Assembly (NCBI GenBank): GCA_045837725.1 | Contig: JBEWZL010000101.1 | Span: 62,001 to 126,000, forward strand | Direction: 5' to 3' | Length of the DNA: 64,000 nt | From: Vermamoeba vermiformis | Taxonomy: Eukaryota | Part shown: one piece after another, positions 42,695-54,126 of the stretch | Layout of the letters: each line of letters starts with the position of its first letter | How positions within the stretch are numbered: the first letter of the stretch is position 1 | The notes under the pieces: model-generated | What the model was told of the DNA's origin: nothing | Database searches by the model: none | The model's input: the letters and a program-made list of their open reading frames with translations, nothing else | Program-made: the position numbers and the translations under genes

Positions 42695-45600
42695 ATGAGT
42701 CTTGCGCCATATAGAATTATCTCTGTCTCGAAGAAAGGAGAGCGACCATTCTCTGTTAAGAATCCTCAAAAGAGCTTTTCATTTGGAACGTAAGTTGCAC
42801 ATAAATTATTACAATAAAATAAATATTTTGTATTAATATTTTGCTAGCGATTCTACCTGCCACATTCGCTTGAAGGATGTAAAGGACTCTGGATTTGCTG
42901 CAGTTCATTGCCAAGTCACTCCTATCGAAGGCAAGATATTTCTTGTGTCTCATGCACCTGTTTTAGTCAATGGTCAACCCACTAAGGGCATTCCCGTCGC
43001 GTTGAACAACGGTGATATGATCTCGATCGGCAAAGGAGTGCACGTCAATTTCAGATACGAAACTGCCCCAATCGACAAGCCTGCTGAGTAAGTGTTTTTA
43101 CTTTGCTCGAGCACGACATCGCTGCACGCATTTCTCGAACATCACTAATCTAGTTCCTTTTTAGATCAGCTGTTCCTTTTAAGGACATTACTCAACAAGT
43201 TGTCGTGCCCGATACTCCCATCAAGGTCGAGAAGAGCACCGATGGTCAACTTGCTCACTCTTCTAGCTCTTTGTTCGAGACTCTCAACGGATCTCAAGAT
43301 CGAAGCCGTCACGACGATGAAGACAGCGTTGAAGACAAGGAGAACAATCCTAGCGGTGTTGCCAAGGAGCGCAGACCTACTACAGAAGCTGCTCGCCCCG
43401 AGGCTGACAGAGAAGAGGCTCCCAAGTCGGATGTCGCACCCAAATCCAAAGCCACTCCCTCCAAGCCCCTCTCTCGCAAGTTGACTTACAGTGATGCTAT
43501 GGTGCCCCCTCCTCAAGAGAAGAAGACCGAAAAGAAGATTGCCAGCTCATCATCCAGCTTGGCTGTTGACAACGAGTTGAAGAACTACGAAGACGAAGAG
43601 GAGATCCAACAAGTCTCGCTCAGCAGTGCTCGTGATGAAGTCGAAGAAGAGTCAGTTGAGGAGAAGAAGGTCGCTAAGACCTCTAAGAAGCAAGCTAAGA
43701 CGCCCAAGAAGAACACTAAGGCCAAGAAGACCGAAGAGAAGGAAGAGTCAGAGGCCGAATCCAAGGCTGAAGAAGAAGAGGCCGAGAAGCCTGTTAAGGA
43801 AACCAAGTCCGCCAAGACACCCAAGAAACAAGCCAAGAGCAACAAGGCTGAAGAGAAGCCCGTTGAGGTCGAAGAGAGCGAGAACAACGAGGCCTCTGAA
43901 GCCGCTGAAGAGCCTGCCAAGGGCAAGAAGAAGGTAGCTAAGACTCCTAAGAAGAACACTAAGGCTAAGAAGGAGGCCGAGAAGGAGGCCGAGAAGGTCG
44001 AGGAGAAGTCCGCTGAAGAGAAGGAAGAGTCAGAGGCTGAATCAAAGGTCGAAGAAGAACCCGTCAAGGAGACCAAGAAGAAGGGCGCCAAGACCCCCAA
44101 GAAGAACACTAAGACTAAGAAGGAGGCCGAGAAGGTCGAAGAGAGCGAAGAAGTCTCCGAGGCCGAGACTAAGCCCGAGAAGAAGGCCGCTAAAACTCCT
44201 AAGAAGAACTCCAAGGCCAAGAAGGAGACTAAGCAAGAGAGCGAGCCCGAGAAGGAGTCCGAGGCTGAAGAAGAGTCCGTTAAGGAGACCAAGAAGACCA
44301 CTAAGAAGGCTTCCGGCAAGTCAAAGAAGGAGGCCAAGGCCGTCGAGAAGAGCGAGTCCGAGAAGGAAGAATCAGAGGCCGAGCAATCAGAACAAGAGAA
44401 GCCCAAGCCCGGGTTCAAGACTCCCACCAAGAAGTCATCAAAGACACCCAGCAAGGCCTACGTTGCCAACGCCACTTACGACTCGCCCAAGAGCAGTCCT
44501 ACCAAGTCTCCTCGTCCTCTCGCTATCAGCCCTAGCAAGCGTTACCAGAAGATCACGCACATCAGTGGCTCAGTGTCACACGAAGTCTACTCACGCTGGG
44601 TCCCTCAGGGCTTTGATATCAACAAGGACAAGAAGCAACCCAGACAATTGCGTAACTCACCGGAGCGCAAGAGCACCAACTTCTTGGCTCAAAAGGTCTA
44701 CCCCGGCACTGCTGTCAAGTCCGCCAAGAAGTCCAAGAAGAACAAGAAGCAAGCCTCAGCTCCTAACTCCCCGACTAAGACCGTCAAGACCCCTGCCAAG
44801 TCCGTCAAGAAGGAAGTTAAGATCAAGACTGAGTCTCACAAGGCCAAGTCCTCTAGTCGCCCAGTCGAGCACTTCGATGCTCCCGACGAGCGATCTCGCA
44901 TGGAGATTTTGAACATGTCTATGGTCAACATGATCAAAGAGCAACTTGCCTTGATGAACACTTGGGTCTCGTTCGACGAAATCTACACTTACCACCGCGC
45001 TCACTACGCTGTTCTCAACATGGATGCTTTGCGCGACATTGTCAAGGAGCTTGTCAACGAGAAGGTTGTGAGCTTGAGCACCAAGTCCAAGACTAAGCGC
45101 TACTGCTTGGCTGGTTGCGAGCCTGAAGAGCCCGTCAAGGAGAAGCAGGCCAAGGTCCAAGAAGAGCTTCCTGAGAACGAAACTGACGACGAAGAGTCTG
45201 AAGATGAAGGCGATCTCCGCACTGACTTGCAACAACAAATGATGCAGATCTGGTTGCGCGTCAAGGCTGCCAAGAGCGACAAGTTCTCTCAAGCCGTTCT
45301 TCCTTTCATGCACCGCCCCAGCAAGACCAAGTACCCCGAGTACTACGCCAGCGTGTCACGTGTTGTCACGATGAAGATGATCTTGCAAAGCATCAAGGCC
45401 GGTGACTACGAGACTCTCGAAGACATGGCCAAGGACTTTAGACAAATGTTCATCAACTTCAAGCGCTTCAACAGACCTACGTCCGATGTCTACAAGTGTG
45501 GTGCTTTGTTGGAGAAGGCCTACAAAGCTGCCATGAAGGAGGCTAAAGAGGCGGCTAATGAGAAGCCTGAAGAGGAGGGATCTGAACACGAGAGCGAAGA

Positions 45601-45790
45601 GAAGAGCGAGTCTGAAGAGCGCGAACAATCTTCTGACCGCGAGTCTGATAATGAAGACGAAGAAGAGAAGTCTGAACGCGACGAAGAGAGCGAGAACGGA
45701 TCCGACAATGAAGAAGAGAAGAGCGGATCTGACAACGAAGATGAAGCCCAAGAGAGCGTCAAAGAAAGCGTCGAATCTGACGATGAATAA
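42695..45790 (+). CDS. FHA domain + Lys/Glu-rich TPKK repeats + bromodomain chromatin protein
   Basis: Exons 1-2 FSFG|TDSTCHIRL...VHCQV...VLVNG...LNNGDMISIG...FRYE (FHA); repeated KTPKKN(T/S)KAKK; bromodomain PFMHRPSKTKYPEYY...GDYETLEDMAKDFRQMFINFKRFNRPTSDVY; acidic tail. Confidence 0.85.
43660..44440 (+). repeat. Imperfect coding tandem repeats alternating basic (AKTPKK) and acidic (EEKEESEAE) blocks
   Basis: At least 5 KTPKK copies with nucleotide-level similarity (aagac.cc.aagaagaacactaag). Confidence 0.85.
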
Positions 45791-46069
45791 GAAAGTTATT
45801 CAAATCTCAATTTTGTCGTAATAATCAACCTGTATCATAGCACGGCGATGTTTAATTGCATCGTCTAATAAAAGTTTATTTAATTCCAACTAGATCGAAC
45901 AACACAAGTTACTAAATGTGACGAAGAATATTATTGTGTAAATAGTGTAATTAAGAATATTCGGAGCATTAAGGGAGTTTTAAAAAAGTAAGTAGATCGG
46001 ATCGCGTGACGAGAAAAATTCAAATTAATTTAAAAATTATTTAGAGAATATTATATTGCCTTACATTGA

Positions 46070-47187
46070 ATGAACCAGCAAGTACCATCATTATTCAAAT
46101 TATGTGTGACGGTGATTGCAAGAAGTCAAGATCCTATAATCACTACACGGCTTAGTACTGCATCTTCAGTGCCAGCTAAGCTTGCAAATATTATAGCAAC
46201 TAGCGCATTAAAAGAGGACGTACCAATAACCGAAGAATTTTGTCGAATATATTTTAATGAAAATGTTACGAAGCTTGATCTGCAACACAGAAGTCCAAAA
46301 CGAGACTATTCAACGTTATTATGCCACGTAATGAACTCGTGTCCTAATTTAATCGAGTTATATATTCCTGGATGGAAAGACAGAGAAACACTAATCAAAG
46401 TTATGGATCAGATCCAATGTCGATACTTGCAACGCTTAGATATATCAGGAATCGACGATAACATCATATGGTCTGCTATATTTAGAGAGTTGCCTTATTT
46501 GGAACAACTAAAAGCGAATGGAACGATCTATTTCGACGATGAATGCTTGAAAACACTGGCCAAAGACGAAGAAACGACCGATGACACGTGTCAAAATGAG
46601 GACTCTGCTGAAAACTTCAATTTGACACTTTTACATTTGAGTGGCAACAGCGTCACGCACAGAGCGATGGATTTTATTGCTCAGTGTCCGAATCTGACCA
46701 ATCTGAATTTGGCTGGCAAAATGTCGTTAGACGATCAATCGATCAACAAATTATCGTAAGATCACATCGATATTTTGCACTGACTATTAACACGACTTTT
46801 TTCAGGAAATGTACCAGTTTAGATTCCATTGATTTGACCGGATGCACTCGGTTGTCAAGCGAAGCAATCGTAGACTTTTGTTTGACACATACACGGTTGA
46901 CATCTGTCAATTTGAGCTCAAACAGGCAATTGACAGTTGATGGCATCATGCAGATAGTACGAGGCTTGAAACACTCGCTACAACGGTTTTCTTTAGGCTG
47001 GCACAAAAATCTCATGACAAATGAAGCCATCCAAATGATCAATCTTTGCAGTAATTTACAGTACTTGAATCTGCTCGGCTGTCACAAAGTCAATGTCGAT
47101 CAGGTGTCAGAATACGTCTCGCACTTGACGTATTTATCCGTGATTGGATTCAAAAAATCACAGCTAGCTAAAAATGCAAAAAAATAA
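46070..47187 (+). CDS. Cys-containing LRR protein with N-terminal BC-box-like motif (2 exons)
   Basis: VPSLFKLCVTVIAR (BC-box consensus); CPNLIELYI, LQRLDISG, CPNLTNLNLAG, CTSLDSIDLTGCTRLS, LQYLNLLGCHKV. Confidence 0.8.
46582..46593. promoter_or_regulatory. Palindrome TGACACGTGTCA (inside CDS, encodes part of DDTCQ)
   Basis: Exact 12-mer; variant TGACATCTGTCA at 46898-46909. Confidence 0.5.
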
Positions 47188-47252
47188 AGCGAGGGTTTTA
47201 GCTGTTATATTACAAGTGCAGTATTAACATGTTAAATTATGATCGCTGTGGT

Positions 47253-49506
47253 CTATACAAGGTTGACGTTGGCAAGTGTCGCGCGTTGTTCTTTGTCCAA
47301 CAATCGAATGCTCGAGGCCATTTTCAAGGTACAATACCACTGCTCTAACTTGCTCAGCCCGCCTTTGTACTTTGGTGCGGCCAATTTGCTCAACAATTGA
47401 AAGCGTTTGCACAACACTGGCTTGCTCGCTTGTCGCAGCGTCATCTTTTCTGCCAATAAGCCGACGTAGAACGTTTGAGCAATGATTCTAAACGGAAATT
47501 TCAAGTTAGTAATTTGATCTGAAACAAACCACAATGTTGGATATCTTACCGAAGCGAGTGCCAAATGCAATACAATACAGCATCGAATGAATACTCGGGC
47601 CATTTACCACCGGTCAGAATGAAGGCTTCAGTGAGCACTTCTTTGCGTTGTTTCGGATCTTCAATTTCATCGGCTATCTTTTCGAGCTTGCCGACACGCT
47701 TCCAAATACGAGCATTGAGGGTCGGATAGCGCGAACCAATAGTAGCTCCCAAGCTAATAATAATAATTAGACTGTGGCCGATATCATTTTAACCCTTGTG
47801 GCTGAAACTTACATGCAATAGAGCAAGAGCAAATAGCACAACAATGTGACTTCACTCGATTGTGAAGCGAATTGAATAAAAGCAAGTAAAATCCATAAAT
47901 AATACGTCAATCTCGTGCTCCAAGTGTTGGCGTGTGAAGTCAACGTCGCATCCATCGACTGCAGGGATCTGCCGTTGGACTGCGAAGAGTTGCTTGGTTC
48001 GCCAAAGGACAAGAAGTTGTATGCTTGATGGAATAAACTGAAAAAGACGAAGATGCCCTATAATCGAATCAAATATCAAACGTCAGTTCGGATCCAAGTG
48101 TGATTAAAAAATCAAGTCACGAAATTTCTGGCTGAATTTAAAGATTTAAATTTTTATCGTTTCACCTTACCATTAGGAACCTAGAATATTCGACCATGCC
48201 TTGAGGGTTGTCATATTGACCAGTACTATTGCCATTTCCATTGTTATTCGGGATTGATTGAGTCGAATTAGTTTGATTGCGCGTGGGGCTGTTCGAATTG
48301 CCCGTTTGACTCGTGTTGTTCGAGTATTGGCCTGAATATGTGTTGGGCATGTTAGCCTGCTGGGCCACTTGCCACTGTGGTTGCGGCGAGGCCACGTTTT
48401 GCTGTTGAACTCTCGAGCTTGCGGTTGGATTCGCTTGTTGATTTGGATCCAAAAACAACTTTTCATTTGCTTTGTTCAACATTAAGTGGGAGGGTAATGA
48501 GGTTTGTAAGAAATATGGATTCTGAAGCATTTGGTTGATAACCGCTGGATCTGGAGTGGTAGGAACGGTGTATCCAGATAACGGAATCTGATCGGATTTT
48601 GTGCTGTAATTGGGAGCAATGTGATATCCAGATTGACGATAGATTTGAGCGTCGATTGGAAAACTAGGCGGTAGAGCATATGTCGGTTGAGCTGGCCGAC
48701 TAGCCTCTACATCTGGTACGTCGCTGTTAGCAGATACGCTCGGCGAATCCGATCTATTCGAGCGCAACTCTTCGATATAGGTTATCTGCAAAATTAATTA
48801 ATTAATTAACATATTAGGCTTAAACGTCGTTACGCGCGAATCGAGAAACGCGCAAAATCGAAAATAAGCACGTGCGGTGGATTTTTTCTAAATAAGGAAA
48901 GTACGCGCTGCAGTTCGCGTGCTTGGAGGCGGAAAGTTGGCCGCGGATGTGACCACCAGCTTAAAATATTTGTAAAATTACGTACGAGTTTTTTAAGGCC
49001 CGGGATCTCAGTTATATTTCTCATCAACTGGTTCTGTTTTGGGTCTACAGCTTTGTCTTTTAATAGAAGTAAGCAGGATGTGGCTTCCTTGACTATCGCA
49101 CTTCTACTATATAAATTTTTTGCACCATAATGCGCGACTAAGACATTTTTTAGATCTTCAAAAGCTGAAGTCAAATTTTCTCTTCGTTTCCTTTCGTACT
49201 CTTTGCGTTTTTCTTTTGCTTCTCCAGCTATTAATGGTTCTCCTCGCTTTAAATCGTCGTCCTCGTCACTTATAATAATATTCAGAAATTTGTTTGCTTG
49301 GCTTTTTAAAAGCAAAAAAAGCGGCGGAATCCAGCCGCGCGATCGCCGATCGGCTTTGAAATAATTTAGCTTACCTTAAAATTCCATCTTCTTCGTCTGA
49401 ATTATCAAGACGTGGACCTTAATTTAAAATGTCAATCATATTAATAAATCTTTGGGCACGTACGTTTTAATCCAGATCTTTTTCTTTCGTAAATTGAATC
49501 GCTCAT
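47253..49506 (-). CDS. SREBP-like membrane-tethered bHLH transcription factor
   Basis: bHLH KRKEYERKRRENLTSAFEDLKNVL...SRSAIVKEATSCL; Q/N/S-rich linker; GMVEYSRFLM|GIFVFFSLF (TM1); loop GRSLQS; hydrophobic LTYYLWILLAFI and LLCYLLLLYCILG; C-terminal IWKR...GGKWPEYSFDAVLYCIWHSLRIIAQTFYVG resembling the SREBP regulatory domain. Confidence 0.78.
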
Positions 49507-49627
49507 TGTGTATTGATATTGAATATGACAGAAATATTGGTCAATCGAAAAAGGACCGCAAAACCCTCCTCAACGCGGCAGAAATGTAAAAGTTCAGTGA
49601 ACGGTGAAACTGACTTGTTTGGTTGGA

Positions 49628-49667
49628 CCAATAGTATCACGCCACTTGTCGTGTATCGCGCGATTGG
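49628..49667. promoter_or_regulatory. CCAAT - SRE (ATCACGCCAC) - inverted CCAAT module
   Basis: CCAAT 49628-49632, ATCACGCCAC 49636-49645, ATTGG 49663-49667; 120-160 bp upstream of the SREBP-like ATG. Confidence 0.55.
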
Positions 49668-50141
49668 CCGTGCTATCAGTCCAAACTTGGAAAGTGAGTA
49701 TATTGTTATTGTCTATGTCTGTCAATGCGTTGAACACGTTTCGTAGCGAAGGATGGTACTCCTCGATCAAGGTCGAGTGCGGGAATAACTCCTTTTGAAA
49801 CGGTTAAAAATACCTTTAATTAGCGACGGCAAGGATTGATCGTCCATAATTGAATTGATCGAGCTGTAAGGTTTTTACTAATTTCAGACGAATCCGGATT
49901 TCAGGTTTTGTTGCAGTTTGAATTGCTTGCCAAATTCAGCACTAACGCAATACATAGGATTCAACAATTATGTTGCCTTTGTCCCGTGTTGCGGATTACA
50001 GTGATTGTGTCAATTAAACTTTTCTCCGGCCATAAATCGCAGCAAAGTTTCGATCAAAAATCTCGCACAAAAATAACCTCGCAATTCAGCATTTGGTATT
50101 CCTAAAATACCTCCTTACACCGCCACAGCTTCCCTTGTATC

Positions 50142-53100
50142 ATGGAGTTGTCTCGCGAGGGTGTTGTCGTGCGAGGTCTAACGCGATCTTACGGATCGCA
50201 CCGCGTTCTCGACAAACTCGATATGAACGTTGAACCCGGTAGTATTTATGGTGCGTACACATATGCTATTTGTGGTAATTATTAACTCGTTGATTTAGCT
50301 TTATTGGGGCCTAGCGGATCTGGAAAGACAACTCTGCTTAAGGTAAGCGACAAATATCAAATGTGACAATAATAATTTAGAAATTACAACCCTAAGTTAA
50401 TTCATTGCTCATATTATGTCCACCTATTTATTTGAGAATTTCAATAATTTTCGTATTTACGTTACTACGCCTACGCTATTATTGTTCAGCAAAATAAGTT
50501 GCTAATTTTACTTTAGCTATTATTAGGCAGGCTCGAGCCTGATTATGGCTCAGTAGTAGTGCTCGGTAAACCGCCAAACGCACGTGCTCATCCAGTTCCT
50601 GGACCAGCAGTTGGTAATTTAATCCTCCGTATTCATGAATCGTTCGAGTATTAACTATATAATTTAAAGGCTATGCGCCTCAAGAATTTGCTTTACACGA
50701 AGATCTATCAATTCGCGAGACGTTATTATTTTACTCGAGCCTGAATCAAATGAGCGCGAGTGATTTTAAAGCACGCAAGAAATATTTATTGGAAATGTTA
50801 GATTTACCTTCAGAAAAACGAATTATCAAAACTTTAAGTGGCGGTCAACAAAGGCGCGTGTCACTAGCCGTGGCATTATTGCACAATCCAGAGCTATTGA
50901 TCCTCGATGAACCGACTGTAGGTGTGGACCCAATGTTGAGATCTCGCATTTGGGACTATTTGCGCGACATTACGCAGAAGACAGGTGTCACTGTCATCAT
51001 TACAACTCACTACATCGAAGAGGCTCGGTACGTACTTATAATAAGAGTCAATATCAAAACCGATGGATGAACTTTACGTTAACTAACGCTATTAAACTAT
51101 TATAGAGGTGCTGATCGCGTCGGATTGATGAGACACGGAAAGTAAGTGTCAAAATGTCAAGTTGCGAGAGTGACACTTTGTAACAAAATTTTACTGCAGG
51201 TTATTAGCGGAGGCAGATCCCGAGTCATTGCTTAAAGAGTACAACGCGACTAATCTCGAAGACGTGTTCTTACAGCTGTGTCGCGCTGAACACTACAAGA
51301 AGGAACATCATCAAAATGACCTCCCTGAAACGATGGAAAAAGGTCAATCAGTCGTCGAACGAAAGCCACCAGCGCGGGTAAGAACGACAGGGCTTAATAA
51401 AATCACGCGCTTTATACTAATGCATCTGTATCTAGAAAAATGTCGACAAGTTCCCTTCAATCAACGAGGACGGTGATGAACATGACGCGTTGTTACGTAA
51501 GTTCGGAAGTATTAGCTATTGTTCTTATTCTTAATTGTAATTTATAGGCACTAAGAGCTCGAAAAAGCCAAGCAATTGTTGCGCCACGACAGCGAAACAC
51601 GTGTTTGCAATTGCTCGAAGAAAATTGACGCAATTATTGCGTAATTGGCGGTTATTTGCATTTGAATTGTTATTGCCAGTATTTCAAGTGTATTTGCTCT
51701 TATCAGCTATTGGTGGAGATCCTCACAATCTAAAAATAGCGGTACGTACAATTTTATCTCTCCGTAATCTATATTTGACACGTGTCATTTTTAGGTGTTT
51801 AATGAAGATGCAGGAACACCTATTTTTAACGTGCATCTTTCCAATGAATATTTGGGATATTTTGCGCCGAATAATACGGATATGTTTGACTTGATTAATG
51901 TGACTGATTATAACACGGGCTACGACATGGTCAGAAATGCAAAAGGTAAGATATTATTGATTTTAGGCGAATTACTTAATAAATCTATTTTTAGCTTGGG
52001 GTTTCTTGCACTTTGGTCCAGATTTTTCAACGGGTTTATTGAGCAGAATCAATTTCCCATCGAATCAGACTTACATCAACCAATCAACGATTCATACTTA
52101 TTTGGACATGTCGAACTATCAAGTCGTTGCATTAATTTTGCGTCAGATGCAGACCTCTTTCGAGAGTAAGTTTCAATTTCCTTTTTAGGCAATCGACTTC
52201 TAACCACTTTGATCAGGCATGTCCGAAGCCAAGCTAGGCTCGAATATGAACCCTATTGATATCAATGCGGTCTACGGCTCAACAAATACAAACTACGTCG
52301 CGTTCATTGCGCCAGGCATGATTGTCATGACCACATTTGCATTCGCGATTGGTCTGACAGCGCTGGCCTTTGTGCGCGAGAAGAGCGATGGCTGTTTAGA
52401 TCGAATATTCTCGACGGGTATGTATTGGAGATGAATGAGTTGCACGCGTGCGAGTATTACAATGACACGTTAATTTGACAGGTGTCAAAGCGCGAAGTGT
52501 CATTGGCGGTCATTTCCTCACGCACAGTTTGATCGGTGTGTTCCAGACTGTATTCTTATTAATAGAAGTAGTGTACATATTTAAGGTACGCATATCATCC
52601 CCGTCAAAACACTCGTTCATAGCTCATTTTTTTATTGCAGATCCCAGTCGCTGGCCTCGTGGTGTATGTCTTCGCAATGATGTTGATCTTACAATTTGCG
52701 GGCATGAGCTTGGGTCTGTTGATATCAACGTAAGTACTAGACTACGGTTAGGTTACTAGATCTAACAGATCACGTAGTGCCTCAACGTCGGAACGTGATG
52801 CCGTTCAACTGACACTCGGCTCGTTCTTCCCTGTAATGATTATGAGCGGCATTCTTTGGCCTATTGAAGCCGTAAGCTCACATCATAAATATATAAATGT
52901 GAGCTGATCTAACACACTTTTAGATCCCGAAGTACTTGGTGTGGATCTCCAAGATATTGCCAACGATGTGGGCAGCAGATGCAATGCGCAGTGTCATGAT
53001 TCGAGGCTGGGGCATGGAGTGGCAAGGTGTATGGCAATCATTCTTGATCACTGGTGCGTGGGCCCTGGCATTGGTGGTGTTGGCCTCGTTCAACTTGTCC

Positions 53101-53163
53101 GAGAAAGAAAGCCGCTGGTGGTGGAAACTAACGCGTTGTTGTCGCAAGGAGAAGACTAAATAG
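50142..53163 (+). CDS. ABC half-transporter, NBD-TMD order, ABCH/AbcG20-like
   Basis: LLGPSGSGKTT (Walker A), LSGGQQRRVSLAVALLHNPELLILDEPTVGVDP, IITTHYIEEA, LEDVFL; ABC2-type TMD (FIAPGMIV, REKSDGCLDR, SGILWPIEA, RSVMIRGWG). Confidence 0.92.
51776..51787. promoter_or_regulatory. Palindrome TGACACGTGTCA (intronic)
   Basis: Exact 12-mer just before the 3' splice site; variant TGACAGGTGTCA at 52476-52487 across another acceptor. Confidence 0.6.
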
Positions 53164-53440
53164 AAAAGATTCTCTATAGATGCGTTCTAGAAGTGTTTCT
53201 TTAATTTAATGGCATGTGATTCGTACCCGGTTACGTGTGAATCAGAAGGGAATTATATTTGATTTATTTGAATTGTAGGTAAAGATGCAACCGTGAGAAT
53301 GGTTTTAATTGAAATAGATGTTTATAGGAAGGTAGCATTTGCCACTGGACAAGAGACTGGTCCTGCTGCCAACTATTTAAGCGAAACAATCAATTTTTCG
53401 AATCATTTTCATATCACGGAACAAAGAACAACAACAAACG

Positions 53441-53860
53441 ATGGGTGTTTTTCAATCATCACTTACTTTTGATCGCGAGAAGATCAGCACTGACGGAGGT
53501 ATCAAGTACGAAGGATACTGGGCATCCGAAGAAGACAAGGCTTCTCCGTTCCCTTTTCCAGTTGGAAGTGACACTCCTTGGCCTGGAAAGGAAGAGTTCT
53601 TAACGAAATTAAGAGCTAAACAAGAAAAGGCTGAAGTGATTTCATACAGAGGTTTATCCCACTGCAGATTAGTTGAAAAGAACGGATGTGAGTCGGAACT
53701 TCCGCCTGGAATGGATCCCTTAAAAAACAACGGTGCTTCTGAATATAAAATGGTCACAGCAAATGGCGACGTCATTCACTGGCCAGAAGGATACGAGCAT
53801 TACATCGAAGTTCACAACGTCAAACCCAGCAGAGAGTTTTACAACTTTATTATGAATTAA
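53441..53860 (+). CDS. Intronless 139-aa hypothetical protein (Cys/His motifs), copy 1
   Basis: Single ORF YEGYW...YRGLSHCRL...NG..EY...WPEGYEHYIEVHNVKPSREFY; TATTTAA upstream; A/C-rich start context; paralogue at 57219. Confidence 0.85.
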   Translation: MGVFQSSLTFDREKISTDGGIKYEGYWASEEDKASPFPFPVGSDTPWPGKEEFLTKLRAKQEKAEVISYRGLSHCRLVEKNGCESELPPGMDPLKNNGASEYKMVTANGDVIHWPEGYEHYIEVHNVKPSREFYNFIMN

Positions 53861-54126
53861 ACAAGGTTTATTTGTAATTTGCTTGCAGTGGATTGAATAA
53901 AAGCATTCCAGAAATTTATCGGATATTAAAAAATTGCGAACACAACACGGTATTCGACTGATTGACATCTACCCTCTTAGTTGTTCTCCCGGGTTGAACG
54001 CTGAATATTTCAGGAAGCAGGTTTACGTTTAAATTGAAAAATAGATTAGTTTGATTTTTAGATCGCAAGTAAGAATCGTCACAACTCTCCTCCGAAGCAG
54101 CATTAGTATAAATTATAAAAGGGTGA

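Noticed and set aside
38725-45762. Long antisense and alternative-frame ORFs over the glucan synthase and FHA-bromodomain genes (e.g. 40846-41940, 43585-44454)
   Set aside because: Shadow ORFs caused by strong codon bias of the sense genes; no recognisable domains
48990-49270. The local bHLH as the reader of TGACACGTGTCA
   Set aside because: Proximity is uninformative, variants lacking CACGTG exist, and no copy lies in its own upstream region
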